This document shows, one piece after another, positions 1-10,258 of a stretch of 64,000 bases of DNA. Position 1 is the first letter of the stretch, and every line of letters begins with the position of its first letter. The stretch lies in NCBI GenBank assembly GCA_963674755.2, contig CAXXVS010000001.1, positions 608,001 to 672,000 of the forward strand. The letters run 5' to 3'. The stretch is from Desulfobacterales bacterium (GTDB lineage Bacteria > Desulfobacterota > Desulfobacteria > Desulfobacterales > UBA5852). A model generated the notes under the pieces. The model was not told the origin of the DNA, did no database searches, and was given only the letters and a program-made list of their open reading frames with translations. The translations under genes and the position numbers were made by a program.

Positions 1-83
1 GGGACTCAAACAGTCCGCGCGATTTTTCCCGACCGCCCCGCCGATGCTCGGCGCGGGACAAAGGGAAACCAGAAACCGAAGCC

Positions 84-104
84 AAGCCCCCTTCGAGGGG
101 GCTT
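84..104. terminator. GC-rich hairpin downstream of lysC, possible terminator
   Basis: AAGCCCCC-TTCGA-GGGGGCTT inverted repeat about 150 nt past the lysC stop; no clear U-tract. Confidence 0.4.
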
Positions 105-250
105 CCTGAAGCTTCCCGCTATGCGGGAGGAGGCTTACTGGTCAATACCAGCAAAGATACCGGACCAGGGTCAGGACGGCCACCACCGCGGTCAGGAGAA
201 TTACCAGCACGAGCTGATCGCGGGAAAAGGAGCGCACCGTTCGGGTGTTC

Positions 251-1468
251 CTAGGGGTTGTCCAGGTCAAAGGCCGTGTGCAGGACGCGGACGGCCAGTT
301 CGGCGTATTTTTCCGTCACGACACAGGAAATGCGGATTTCCGAAGTGGCGATGAGGCGGATGTTGATATTTTCGCTGGCCAGGGTTTCAAACATCTTGGT
401 GGCCACGCCGGAATGGTTTTTCATCCCCACCCCGATCACCGAAACCTTGGCGATGTTCGGATCGCCCAATACTTCCTCCGCCGCGATTTCCCTGGCCACT
501 TGCTCTTGGATGGCCAGGGCCTGCTTGAAGTCTGTCTTGGGCACGGTGAAGGTGAGATCCGTCTGTCCGCCGGAGCGCATGTTCTGGATGATCATGTCGA
601 CCACGATGCCGGCTTTTGCAATCGGGGAGAACACCTTGGCGGCCACCCCCGGCTGATCCGGGACTTTTTTCAGTGTGATCCGGGCCTGGTTCTTGTCGCA
701 GGTCACACCGGATACCAAAAGCTTCTCCATGCTGGCGTCTTCATTGACCACCATCGTTCCCTCCTCATCACGGAATGACGATCGCACGTGTACGGGCACG
801 TTGTATTTCTTGGCAAATTCCACCGACCGGATCTGCAGGACCTTGGCGCCCAGGCTGGCCATTTCGAGCATTTCGTCGTAGCTCACTCGCGTCATCTTAC
901 GGGCCCGGGGGCAGATATTGGGGTCGGTGGTGTAGATGCCGTCCACGTCGGTGTAGATTTCGCAGCTGTCCGCCTTGACAGCGGCGGCAATGGCGACGGC
1001 CGAAGTGTCCGAGCCGCCGCGTCCCAGGGTGGTGATGTTGCCGTTGATGTCGCTGCCCTGAAAGCCGGCCACCACGGCGATTTTATGGTTCCCGACGAGG
1101 TGCCGGATGGTATCGGCGCTGATGTCCAGGATGCGGGCATTGCCGAAGTCGCAGTCGGTCACCACCCGCGCCTGGTGGCCCAGGACGGACGCGGCCGCGT
1201 AGTTCATGGATCGCAGGGTCATGGCCAGGAGCGCCGCCGTGGTCTGCTCACCTGTGGCCAGCAGGACGTCCAGTTCCCGTTTTTCCGGAATGTCGGTGAC
1301 CTGATGTGCCATGCGGATCAGGTTGTCGGTCACGCCGGCCATGGCCGACAGGATAACTACGACATCGTTGCCGCTGTCATAGGTGCGGGCAACCCGTTTG
1401 GCGACGTTGCGGATGCGATCCAGATCCGCCACCGAGGTGCCGCCGTATTTCTGTACGATTAAGCCCAT
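251..1468 (-). CDS. lysC: Aspartate kinase
   Basis: VQKYGGTSV, TLGRGGSDTSA, YTDVDGIYTTDP motifs; two C-terminal ACT domains. Confidence 0.97.
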   Translation of the reverse strand: MGLIVQKYGGTSVADLDRIRNVAKRVARTYDSGNDVVVILSAMAGVTDNLIRMAHQVTDIPEKRELDVLLATGEQTTAALLAMTLRSMNYAAASVLGHQARVVTDCDFGNARILDISADTIRHLVGNHKIAVVAGFQGSDINGNITTLGRGGSDTSAVAIAAAVKADSCEIYTDVDGIYTTDPNICPRARKMTRVSYDEMLEMASLGAKVLQIRSVEFAKKYNVPVHVRSSFRDEEGTMVVNEDASMEKLLVSGVTCDKNQARITLKKVPDQPGVAAKVFSPIAKAGIVVDMIIQNMRSGGQTDLTFTVPKTDFKQALAIQEQVAREIAAEEVLGDPNIAKVSVIGVGMKNHSGVATKMFETLASENINIRLIATSEIRISCVVTEKYAELAVRVLHTAFDLDNP

Positions 1469-1477
1469 AGATTCCTC

Positions 1478-1957
1478 TCAGATGAAGTCCGGGAGCCCTT
1501 GTAGCAAAATCGACGGCGCAAGTCCATATGCCGTGATGGTGATCCGGCGGGAAGTTTCATCCACCAACCGGATGTCCACCGACAGGTGTTCCCGGGGCAG
1601 GTCGCTTGTCAGGCGCTCCGACCATTCGATGGCTGTGACGCCGGGCTCTCCCATGAGATCCAAAAGGCCGATATCTTCCAGATCACCGCCGGCAAGGCGG
1701 TAGAGATCGACGTGGTGGAGGGTGAGGCGTCCCGGATAGGAATGGATGAGCGTGTAGGACGGACTGGTGACATAGTGGTCGGCAGGCACCCGAAGGCCCC
1801 GGGCCAGCCCCTGCACGAAGCAGGTCTTACCGCTGCCCAGATCCCCGGTGAGAGTGATCACCAGCGACGGCTCGGCCCGCCGGCCGACGTGCGCGGCGAT
1901 TGCGCGGGTGCGTTCGGGTGAATCGGAGACGAGGGTGCAGGATGTCGTCGTGGTCAT
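1478..1957 (-). CDS. tsaE: tRNA t6A biosynthesis ATPase TsaE
   Basis: GDLGSGKT P-loop, VTSPSYTL, HVDLYRL, IEW motifs. Confidence 0.95.
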   Translation of the reverse strand: MTTTTSCTLVSDSPERTRAIAAHVGRRAEPSLVITLTGDLGSGKTCFVQGLARGLRVPADHYVTSPSYTLIHSYPGRLTLHHVDLYRLAGGDLEDIGLLDLMGEPGVTAIEWSERLTSDLPREHLSVDIRLVDETSRRITITAYGLAPSILLQGLPDFI

Positions 1958-2224
1958 GGAACCTGTCCTTCAGGGGAGAGAAACCGGCGAAAGGACGCTT
2001 TGCATCGGGATCGAAATCACTATCGGTATCGTCTTTCGAGGTGCCTTAGGCCGCCGGTTTTTCGCTATCCCATATCCGGCCTCCCGGCGGAATCGATGGC
2101 AGGAAGTCTGGCGAAAGACTTTACCGTTGCGCAGGATGCCATCGCGATAACGATCCCGGATTTGATGGCGATGGCATGGCCGGCCCGGTACGGCCGGCTT
2201 GCGCATGTTCTGATCCGCTGACGG

Positions 2225-2944
2225 CTAAGTGTTTTCAAGCTGGATGATCATCTCCCGCACGGCGGTTTCCATGCCCACCAGCAAGGCCCGGGCGACAATG
2301 CTGTGCCCGATGATGCAGGTTTCGATTTCGCCGAGCTTGCCGATGGCCCGGGCCGTGGCGTAGTGCAGACCGGCCCCGGCCGCCACCCGCAGCTTCAACT
2401 TGGCGGCGATTTTGGCCGCATCCACCAGCCGGGCCAGAAGGCGTTCGCGGGTGGCCGGCAGGACGTGGCCGGAATAGGCGGCGGTATGGAGCTGCACCCC
2501 GTCGACATTCAGGCGGTGGGCCATTTTGATATGTTCGGGATCGGGGTCGGTCAGCAGGAACACCGGGATGCCGCTGTCCCGGATGGTGGCAATCGTATCC
2601 TTGACGTCGGCATGATCGAGGACCAGATCGAGCCCCCCCTCGGCCGAGGCTTCATCAGGGCGCTCGGGCACCAGGACGACCTCATCCGGTTTGACATCGA
2701 GGGCCACGCCCATCATTTCGGAAGAGGGCGCCATGGCCAGGACAAAACGCCCTTGAACGATCTCCCGCAGGACACGGACATCCCGGTCGTTGACAGTGCG
2801 GCGGTCGGCCGTAAAACGGACGGCAATGCCGACCGCACCGGCCAATTCCGCCAGAACGGCGGCGGCGGCGGGATCGGGCTGATTGCGGCCGTGGCGCTGA
2901 CGCAGCGCAGCCACATGATTTACATTGACGACGAGATCCGGCAT
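2225..2944 (-). CDS. pdxJ: Pyridoxine 5'-phosphate synthase homologue with substituted active site
   Basis: VNVNHVAALRQ..PDP, LVPE..EGGLD, IGHSIVARA match PdxJ; ATG at 2944 behind GGAGGA; catalytic His/Glu positions altered. Confidence 0.88.
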   Translation of the reverse strand: MPDLVVNVNHVAALRQRHGRNQPDPAAAAVLAELAGAVGIAVRFTADRRTVNDRDVRVLREIVQGRFVLAMAPSSEMMGVALDVKPDEVVLVPERPDEASAEGGLDLVLDHADVKDTIATIRDSGIPVFLLTDPDPEHIKMAHRLNVDGVQLHTAAYSGHVLPATRERLLARLVDAAKIAAKLKLRVAAGAGLHYATARAIGKLGEIETCIIGHSIVARALLVGMETAVREMIIQLENT

Positions 2945-2996
2945 GGTTCCTCCACGAATCGTTTGGCGGCGTACTTTTTGGGATTTTCCCGGCGCG

Positions 2997-3446
2997 CTAT
3001 AGCTCCGGCATCGGCGCAACGCATCGCAGGAGTTCTTCGCTTTTGGCCTGCATGCGGTGCTCTTCCTCCTCCGATTGCTCATGATCGAAGCCGAACAGAT
3101 GCAGGATGCCATGAATCAGCAATTCGGTGAAATGGAACGCAAAGCTGACGCCGGCCGATTGGGCCTCACGCCGGCAGGTTTCCACTGAAATGACCACATC
3201 GCCCAGCAGCTGGGGAGCGAGGTCGCCGAAGGCGCCCTCTTTCATGGAAAAGGCCAGGACGTTGGTCGGGCCGGAACGACCGCGGTAGGTTTGATTGAGG
3301 GCGGCGATGCCGGGATCGTCGACGATCAGAAGCGACAGCTCGCCGTCAGGACAGTCCAAGGCGTCTAAGATGGCCGTGGCCGTTTTCTTCAGCTCGGCGT
3401 TGGGAATCGCTAGCTGACTTTGCTGATTGTCGATCAGGATTTCCAT
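2997..3446 (-). CDS. ybeY: rRNA maturation endoribonuclease YbeY
   Basis: PTNVLAF, LLGDVVIS, HGILHLFGFDH zinc motif; start moved to ATG 3446. Confidence 0.95.
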   Translation of the reverse strand: MEILIDNQQSQLAIPNAELKKTATAILDALDCPDGELSLLIVDDPGIAALNQTYRGRSGPTNVLAFSMKEGAFGDLAPQLLGDVVISVETCRREAQSAGVSFAFHFTELLIHGILHLFGFDHEQSEEEEHRMQAKSEELLRCVAPMPEL

Positions 3447-5822
3447 TGTGACCCCTCTTCCGGGCAAGGGTACCGACGCGCTTTTCGGGGTACTCGATAC
3501 GGTGATGGTGAATGCCGTTCAAAATCGTGTTGAAGGATTTGGCGATACTGTGAAGATCGCGCAAGGTCAACTCGCAGTTGTCCAACTGCCCATCGGAGAA
3601 AATCCGGTTGACGAGCTTTTGCACGAGTCCCTGGAGACGTGACGGCGTGGGATTGTCAAGCACCCGGGAGGCCGCCTCGACAACATCGGCCAGCATGACC
3701 AGGCCGGCTTCGCGGGTTTGGGGTTTGGGGCCGGGTAGCGGTAGTCGTCGATGTTGACGGCATCTTCGCCTTTGAGCTGTTTGGCTTTGTCGTAGAAGTA
3801 ATGAATCAGACTGGTGCCGTGATGCTGGCGGATCGTATCCGTGATGGGCTGGCCCAGCTTGTATTGACGGGCCATGTCCATGCCGTCTTTGATATGGGCG
3901 ATCAAGATGAGGGCCGACATGGAGGGCGCCAATTTGTCGTGCCGGTTGCGTCCGTCGCTTTGATTTTCGATAAAGTAGGCCGGCTTGCGGATTTTGCCGA
4001 TGTCGTGGTAATAGCCGCAGACCTTTGCCAGCAGGGGGTTGGCGCCGATTTCTGCCGCGGCGGCTTCGACCAGATTGCCCACGATGACCGAGTGATGGTA
4101 GGTCCCTGGTGCTTCAATCATCAGCCGGCGCATGAGGGGCTGGTCCAGATTGGCCAGCTCCAGCAGTTTGATGTCGGACGTATAATCGAAGAGCATTTCG
4201 ATGATCGGAACGAGCCCGGTGGCGATAATGGCTGAGGCCATACCGCCGATAAAGCCGAAGAGACAGCCCCACAGAATGGCCGCCGGGCTTTCGAAGCCGG
4301 CATAGATGCCGATCGCGGCGGCCAGCGCGATGTTGAGCAGGCCCGTCATCAGACCCGCCTTGATGAAGACCTTGCGCTGCCGGCAATTCTGAACCCAGTA
4401 GGCGGCCATGGCGCCGCTGATCATGAAGAAGACCAGTGCTTCAAAACTGCCGTGAAAAACGATGGCCGTGCCGATGGCGAGGATCACGCTTAATAAAACA
4501 GCACTTTCCAAGCCCATGAAGAGACAGATCAGCATGGTGGCCGAACTGATGGGCGTGGCATAAAAGAGCGAAAGGGCCTCGAAAGAAAAAGGCACGTTTT
4601 GGGAGAGGGTGCGCGACAGCGACCCGGCCACCTCGGCCAGCATGAAAAAAGCGCACAGCACAACGGAAGAGAAGATGATGTCGCGGTTGAGCGTGCGCGC
4701 AGGGGGTGGATTGGCCTGGGGGCGATAGCGGAGAAGATAAATGGACAGCAGGACACACAGCATGAGCAGGGCGGCGCCTAAACTGCTCAAGGCGATCCGC
4801 TGGCTCTGGTGCTCTTCCTGGATGGCCTGCAGCTTCAGCACCTGGACGGGCGTTACCCGTTCCCCCTCGCGCAGCAGCATTTCGCCGGCCTTGATTTTGT
4901 GGAAAACAGGCTTGACCTCGGCGACGGCCGCATCCCGTCTTTCCTGGGTTTCCCGGCGGTTGAGGGTGATGTTGGGCTGCAGCAGTTCCTGGGTGAGGTC
5001 GACGATCAAATCCGCATCACGGTAGCCAAGGTCTTTCAGTACGGGCTGGCCCATGATGCGGACCATCATCTGGGCTTCTTCCAGATCGTAAAACTGACGC
5101 AAATTGCGGACGATGCGTTCCTTATCGGTGCCGACCGTGCGCAGGATAATGCCCCGGTCCGATTCGCGCAGCAGAATCTCTTTGTTGGCGACCACACCGG
5201 TTTTCAGGATTTCATAGAGGATTTGGACCATGCGATCGGCGATGTTCTGGGAGAAGCGGGATTTCACCAGCAGGCGGTAGACGTCGTCCGGGATGTTGAT
5301 GCCGAGTTTTTCGCCAAATTCGCTTTGCTTTTCCAGGAGGGCCTTGGGGACCGCCAGCCCGCCTTTTTTCTCGACCGGCGGGGCGGCCGGGAGAGCCGGC
5401 ACTTCAAGCTGGGGATGGCCTAACGCGGGGGCCTTGTCGGCCGGTTGAACGGCCGCGGCGCGCAATTTTTCTTTGGCCTCGAGCTCGGCCAGGCTGCTGC
5501 GCATGTCGCGGAAGACCTGGTCGATATTGCGCGTCAGGTTGCGAGACAGGAGAACGTCGTAATCATAGACCGTCAAGGTCTCCTCGGCGGCCTTGCGCTG
5601 ATTGGCTTCAGTGGCCTGGCGGTCTTCGATCAGAAAATCCCGGGAGGCCTTGATATCGCGTTCGGCCACGTCGCCGACGCGGTAGGTAAGATCCGTCACG
5701 GCCAGGCCGGGGTAAAGCAGCGCGGTGAAGACCAGCAGGACCGCCAGCAGCATCAGCCAGCGTACCCGGTGTTCGGAAACGGCAAGTTTCAAAGCGCTAA
5801 ATTTGAATCGGTCGGAATGCAT
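3346..5822 (-). pseudogene. 7TM-HD (HDIG) phosphohydrolase, PgpH-like, split by a single-base frameshift near 3733
   Basis: TM bundle, EAPGTYHHS, YYHDIGK, HHGT in ORF 3567..5822; conserved tail MLADVVEAASR..DGQLDNCELTLRDL..RIEYP lies in another frame (3346..3696). Confidence 0.85.
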
Positions 5823-5921
5823 ATGCGCGTCTGCTTCGACAATTAGAGAAAGCGATGGCCATCAGCGGTCCCCGGCCATGAACCAGGACGATTGGGGCGC
5901 ACGGCGCGAAACGCTTCTGTT

Positions 5922-6902
5922 TTATTTAGAACGGGTTTTCTCCACGCTTTCATAGGCCCGGATGATGTCCTGCACCAGCCGGTGGCGAACGACATCCGTG
6001 TTCGAGAAAAACACGAATCCAATCCCTTCAATATCCCGCAGAATCTGGTTGGCCTCCACCAGGCCCGACGTCTTGGCCGCAGGGAGATCGATCTGGGTGA
6101 TATCGCCGGTGATGACGGCTTTGGAATTGAAGCCGATCCGCGTCAGAAACATTTTCATCTGTTCGGAGGTGGTGTTTTGGGCCTCGTCCAGGATGACAAA
6201 GGAATCATTCAGGGTACGGCCCCGCATGAACGCAATGGGGGCCACCTCGATCACCCCCTGTTGCATCAGGTTGTTGACTTTTTCAAAGCGCATCATGTCA
6301 TGCAGGGCATCATAGAGGGGGCGTAGATAGGGGTCGACTTTTTCGGCCAGATCGCCGGGCAGAAACCCCAGGGTTTCTCCAGCTTCGACCGCCGGCCGGG
6401 TCAGGATGATGCGGTTGACGATTCCTTTGGTCAATGCGGCGATCGCCATGGCCATGGCGAGATAGGTCTTGCCGGTGCCAGCCGGGCCGATGCCGAAAAC
6501 GATATCGTAGCGCCGCATGGCGTCGATGTAGTTTTTCTGGGCAGGATTTTTGGGCGTGATGGATCGTTTCTTGGCGGTGATATAGACGGTGTCCAGGAAA
6601 ATATCTTCCAGGTGGACACGGTCGTCGGCGCTCAGGATGCGGATGGCATAGTCGATATCGTTGAGATAGACGGGGTAGCCTTTTTGGATAAGCCCATAGA
6701 GCTGCTTCAGGATATTTTCCGCCAGGGCCGCCGCGATGGCATCCCCGCTGATATGGACGGCACTGCCGCGGGTGTTGATCTGCAGATCCAGGGCCGTGGC
6801 AATGCGCTGCAGATGGCTGTTGTGTTCCCCGAAAAGCATGCGGGTCAGTTCGACATTCTCGAATGATACCCGCCGAACCGGGTTTTGAAGATTCTCCAAC
6901 AT
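5922..6902 (-). CDS. phoH: PhoH-family ATPase
   Basis: GPAGTGKT, LTRPAVEAGE, GFLPGDL, FMRGRTL, ILDEAQN, GDITQIDLP. Confidence 0.96.
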   Translation of the reverse strand: MLENLQNPVRRVSFENVELTRMLFGEHNSHLQRIATALDLQINTRGSAVHISGDAIAAALAENILKQLYGLIQKGYPVYLNDIDYAIRILSADDRVHLEDIFLDTVYITAKKRSITPKNPAQKNYIDAMRRYDIVFGIGPAGTGKTYLAMAMAIAALTKGIVNRIILTRPAVEAGETLGFLPGDLAEKVDPYLRPLYDALHDMMRFEKVNNLMQQGVIEVAPIAFMRGRTLNDSFVILDEAQNTTSEQMKMFLTRIGFNSKAVITGDITQIDLPAAKTSGLVEANQILRDIEGIGFVFFSNTDVVRHRLVQDIIRAYESVEKTRSK

Positions 6903-6924
6903 AAATCCAATTCGATACTATTTA

Positions 6925-6991
6925 GTGTCTGTCCGAGGCGGTCGATTTTGGTTCCGGCCAAGGCTAGAAGAGGCCATTTGTGGACGGGCAC
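6925..6991 (-). mobile_element. Minimal, internally deleted copy of a MITE-like repeat
   Basis: Ends GTGTCTGTCC / GGACGGGCAC; TATTTA on both flanks (6919-6924, 6992-6997); GATTTTGGTTCC is the reverse complement of the GGAACCAAAATC block in the 9229 copy. Confidence 0.7.
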
Positions 6992-7281
6992 TATTTAAGG
7001 ATCAAAGCCGGCGGCACAGATAAGGCCGCGCCGCCGGTATGGGACCCCGACATCCTAAAGGCGAATAATATCATACTGATCTTCAAGAATGCAAACCGCA
7101 AATCGCCGCGGTGCTCCAGCGGCTGAAAACCCTTGACCCCTTATAATGCCTCTGTTAAGTCAACCTCTTGATTCATTTAGCCTTTCGGGCGTCCGCCGCC
7201 CAGGATAGCGTCCGCCGGGAATGCCGCGTGATAGCGGGCGATCCTCATTTGAAAGGTGTCTAAAGAAGGTACGAGACGGAC

Positions 7282-7809
7282 ATGAATGCGCTGGACATTG
7301 TCATCGGCATCATTTTGGTATTCGGTTTGGTGCGCGGGATATTCCGCGGCCTGGTGGAAGAGATTTCCTCCATTATCGGCATATTCGGCGGTATCTACGG
7401 GGCGGTGTTTTACTACGGCGACGCGGCAGCCTTTTTACGGCGCTGGATCTCCGACACGGCCTACGCCAATATCATCGGGTTTCTGGTGATATTCGGGCTG
7501 ATCTTCATCCTGGTGAGCGTTTTGGGGGTGTTGATCAAATACCTTCTCAATATTGCCTCGCTGGGCTGGTTCGATCGCTTGTGCGGGGCCGCTTTCGGCG
7601 CCGTTAAAGGGGTCCTGATCGCATCGGTTCTGCTGTTTACCCTGACGACATTTCTGCCCGGCGGCAGCCCGCTCATCGATACATCCCGCCTGGCGCCGCA
7701 CGTGGCCGTGGTTACCGAAACTCTGGTCAAGATCATCCCCCATAAGCTCAAGCAACGTTTCAGCGACAAATACAAGGAAGCCCAACAGGCATGGAAAAAG
7801 AAGAGCTGA
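7282..7809 (+). CDS. cvpA: CvpA family membrane protein
   Basis: MNALDI..RGIFRGLVEEI, DRLCGAAFGAVKG, hydrophobic helices. Confidence 0.92.
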   Translation: MNALDIVIGIILVFGLVRGIFRGLVEEISSIIGIFGGIYGAVFYYGDAAAFLRRWISDTAYANIIGFLVIFGLIFILVSVLGVLIKYLLNIASLGWFDRLCGAAFGAVKGVLIASVLLFTLTTFLPGGSPLIDTSRLAPHVAVVTETLVKIIPHKLKQRFSDKYKEAQQAWKKKS

Positions 7810-8627
7810 CCCCGGTGCCCAATACCCTGGGTGCGGTCATCGCCCTGGTGCGACGCCTCAGGGGCCAAGACGGCTGCCCCTGGGACCGCAAGCAGACCCC
7901 GCAGTCCCTGGCCATCTATCTCATTGAAGAAATGTACGAACTGGTGGATGCCATTACGTCCGGCGATGAAGAGGCCGTATGCGAAGAGCTGGGAGATGTT
8001 GTCTTCCAGCTCTTGTTTCTATCCGAGCTGTTCACCGAAAAAGGCGCCTTTGATCTGGACGCCGTCGTGCAGCGCAATCTCGCCAAGATGATCCGAAGAC
8101 ATCCCCATGTTTTCGGCGACACCGAGGTGACATCGACGGAAGATGTCCGGGAAAACTGGCATGCCATCAAAAAAGAAGAAAAAAAGGCCCATCAGCGGGA
8201 GGCAGGCTCCCTGCTGGATTCCATCCCGGCCAGCCTGCCGGCCCTCATGCGCTCCTATCGGGTTTCGGAACGGGCGGCCCGCACCGGGTTCGACTGGAAC
8301 GACCTGCCCGAAGTGATGGCCAAGGTGGAAGAAGAATGGGACGAATTCAAAGACGCTGCCCAAGTGGTCGACGATGAGCCGTCGCGCCACAAAGCGGCGG
8401 TCGAATTCGGCGACATCGTCTTTACCCTGTCCAACGTGGCCCGCTTTATGAAATTTCACCCCGAGACCGCCCTCACCGCCGCGATCAACAAGTTCGAGCA
8501 GCGCTTCCGCTGCATGGAGAACGCTTTCCGCAACCAGGGGCAGGAGCTGGAAGGGGCGACCCGTGAAGAACTGGATCGTGCCTGGGAAGCCGCCAAGGCG
8601 CAGACGGCCGCGGAGGAAGGCCTCTGA
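7791..8627 (+). CDS. mazG: Nucleoside triphosphate pyrophosphohydrolase MazG
   Basis: GCPWDRKQT, EELGD, KMIRRHPHVF, GFDW, EFGD; two MazG domains. Confidence 0.96.
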   Translation: MEKEELTPVPNTLGAVIALVRRLRGQDGCPWDRKQTPQSLAIYLIEEMYELVDAITSGDEEAVCEELGDVVFQLLFLSELFTEKGAFDLDAVVQRNLAKMIRRHPHVFGDTEVTSTEDVRENWHAIKKEEKKAHQREAGSLLDSIPASLPALMRSYRVSERAARTGFDWNDLPEVMAKVEEEWDEFKDAAQVVDDEPSRHKAAVEFGDIVFTLSNVARFMKFHPETALTAAINKFEQRFRCMENAFRNQGQELEGATREELDRAWEAAKAQTAAEEGL

Positions 8628-8640
8628 CCGGAAGGCATCT

Positions 8641-8800
8641 CAAAATCGATGGTGCTGTAAAAACGCCCTAAGCCACTCCTCCCGCGCCGGCGGGAGTCCG
8701 CAACGAGCTGGACGGGACCCCTGTTTGCGCAGGGATGACCAGACAGCGCCTTCAGAGACGTTCTACGCGTTCCTCAAAATTGACGGTTTTGCAACAAGTC
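8641..8800. repeat. Degenerate REP/MITE-like palindromic repeat
   Basis: Hairpins CTCCCGCGCCGGCGGGAG and CCCTGTTTGCGCAGGG between convergent genes; a similar GTCATTCTCCGG..CGGAGAATCC at about 49818-49845. Confidence 0.5.
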
Positions 8801-8837
8801 CGATCGCGGGCGGAAAGGCGTTTGGGAGATGTCTTCG

Positions 8838-9209
8838 TCACTCATCGGAGACATCGTCGCCGGGCGTATCGACCATGCTGAAAAAGCGATCGATGAGCTG
8901 GCGGGAGTCCTCGACGCAGAGATGATTTTTTAACTTGTGGTGGTGCTGGTCGAGGGTGTGGTAGTAAAACGTGGTAGGCTGGCGCTTGTCCACCGGCGAT
9001 GCCGGGTGGGCGCGGTCGGCACCCGTGCGTCGGATGCGGCGGCGGGCTTCCTCCTCACCGATACGGGTGACGCGGTCCATAATCGTCCCGGCCACCTTGT
9101 TGACCACGGTTTCGCGCCGATGACCGGCATTCGCCCGGCGGCTGCCGTCTTGTAATTGCTGGGTAAACTCTTTGAGAATATTGTGGATCTGGTAGTTGGG
9201 GATATACAT
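8838..9209 (-). CDS. Conserved hypothetical protein, DVU0524-like
   Basis: N-terminus MYIPNYQIHNILKEFTQQL resembles this deltaproteobacterial family; GGAG upstream. Confidence 0.6.
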   Translation of the reverse strand: MYIPNYQIHNILKEFTQQLQDGSRRANAGHRRETVVNKVAGTIMDRVTRIGEEEARRRIRRTGADRAHPASPVDKRQPTTFYYHTLDQHHHKLKNHLCVEDSRQLIDRFFSMVDTPGDDVSDE

Positions 9210-9228
9210 GGTCTCCGCTTTCCTAACC

Positions 9229-9371
9229 GTGTCCGTCCAGAGATGGCATCTTTTGGTCCCTGGCGGCGTTCTCGCCTCTTGTCGGTCCTCGGCGTAGCCG
9301 AGCTACGCCTGTGGGCGCCAATCGGCTGCGGCCTTGCCAGGAACCAAAATCTACCATCTCTGGACGGACCC
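9229..9371 (+). mobile_element. MITE-like element with 18-bp terminal inverted repeats
   Basis: GTGTCCGTCCAGAGATGG ... CCATCTCTGGACGGACCC (17/18); internal hairpin GGCGTAGC-CGA-GCTACGCC. Confidence 0.8.
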
Positions 9372-9377
9372 TGAATC

Positions 9378-9572
9378 GCCCATCCATACCATCCATGAAT
9401 GGCATCTTTTGGCCCCTGGCCCGCCGCCGGTGGACCAAATCCACCTTTGGCGGACAAGCTGGCGTTCTCGCTTGTTTTCAATCCTCGAAATAGCGAACTA
9501 TTCCTCCGGTTGAAAACACGCTCGGGCCTTGCCAGGAACCAAAACCCTAATTTTGCGATGGCTCATAAGCAC
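9378..9572 (+). mobile_element. Second tandem copy of the same MITE-like family with different internal modules
   Basis: Shares ATGGCATCTTTTGG and CCTTGCCAGGAACCAAAA with 9229-9371; shares CCCGCCGCCGGTGGACC..ATCCACCTTTGGCGGACAAG with the 32532 copy. Confidence 0.75.
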
Positions 9573-9592
9573 TATCCGTTTGAGAGCGCCTG

Positions 9593-10180
9593 CTAGTTTC
9601 CCGGCTTGACAGAGCTCGGACCGGGCGGCAGGCCGCCGCCCACAACCGTTTGGATAAAGATGCGGTGGCTGCCAAAGGCGATGGGCGGCAGTGCCTGGGG
9701 GGCGAACCAGTCCACGGCCATGGCATCGTCCCCGGCATGGAGGCGGCTGCTCAAGGGGGTGACGCGGTAGCCCGCCACCAGGACGGTCGTATAAATGCGA
9801 TTGGGGGTCGCCTCCAGCCCCAGGAGTCCGGCGACTTCTCCCTGTAGGCCGGTTTCTTCCGACAATTCCCGCAGAACGGCCTCCTCCGGCGTTTCCTCCA
9901 ATTCCATGAAGCCGCCCGGCAGGCACCATTCGCCCCGGCGCGGGGGGATCTTGCGCTGGACCAGCAGGATCCGGCGGCCCGTGTCACATACGACGGCACA
10001 CACGGCCGGCACCGGGTTGTCATAGAGCGGCAGCCGGCAGTGTCGGCAATAACGCCGCCGTCTGCCCTCCCATTCACGCTCGGCCACCGGGCTTCCACAG
10101 AAAGGGCAATAGCACCTGGCGCTCAAGCCCGGAATACAGGGCTCATCCGAGGGGCGCTGGCTTTCAGGATTGTCCCGCAT
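9593..10180 (-). CDS. NUDIX hydrolase with N-terminal zinc ribbon
   Basis: CPFCG..CRHC; Nudix box GGFMELEETPEEAVLRELSEETG. Confidence 0.92.
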   Translation of the reverse strand: MRDNPESQRPSDEPCIPGLSARCYCPFCGSPVAEREWEGRRRRYCRHCRLPLYDNPVPAVCAVVCDTGRRILLVQRKIPPRRGEWCLPGGFMELEETPEEAVLRELSEETGLQGEVAGLLGLEATPNRIYTTVLVAGYRVTPLSSRLHAGDDAMAVDWFAPQALPPIAFGSHRIFIQTVVGGGLPPGPSSVKPGN

Positions 10181-10258
10181 CGTCTCACCGATCAGAGGGA
10201 AGAGGCGAGGGGCGGGCGATTGCCGGACGGCCTGCGGTATCGCCCGGTATCCGCGCCC

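Noticed and set aside
1960..2220. Small gene between pdxJ and tsaE
   Set aside because: Overlapping low-complexity ORFs with ATCG/CGAT-rich repeat-like sequence and no coding signal
9229..9572. CRISPR array
   Set aside because: Repeats are long, modular and dispersed, with no constant repeat/unique spacer period and no cas genes
8930..9596. Short ORFs across the repeats (8930..9481, 9223..9444, 9399..9596; also 32522..32875, 40258..40548)
   Set aside because: Translations of MITE sequence with no protein motifs
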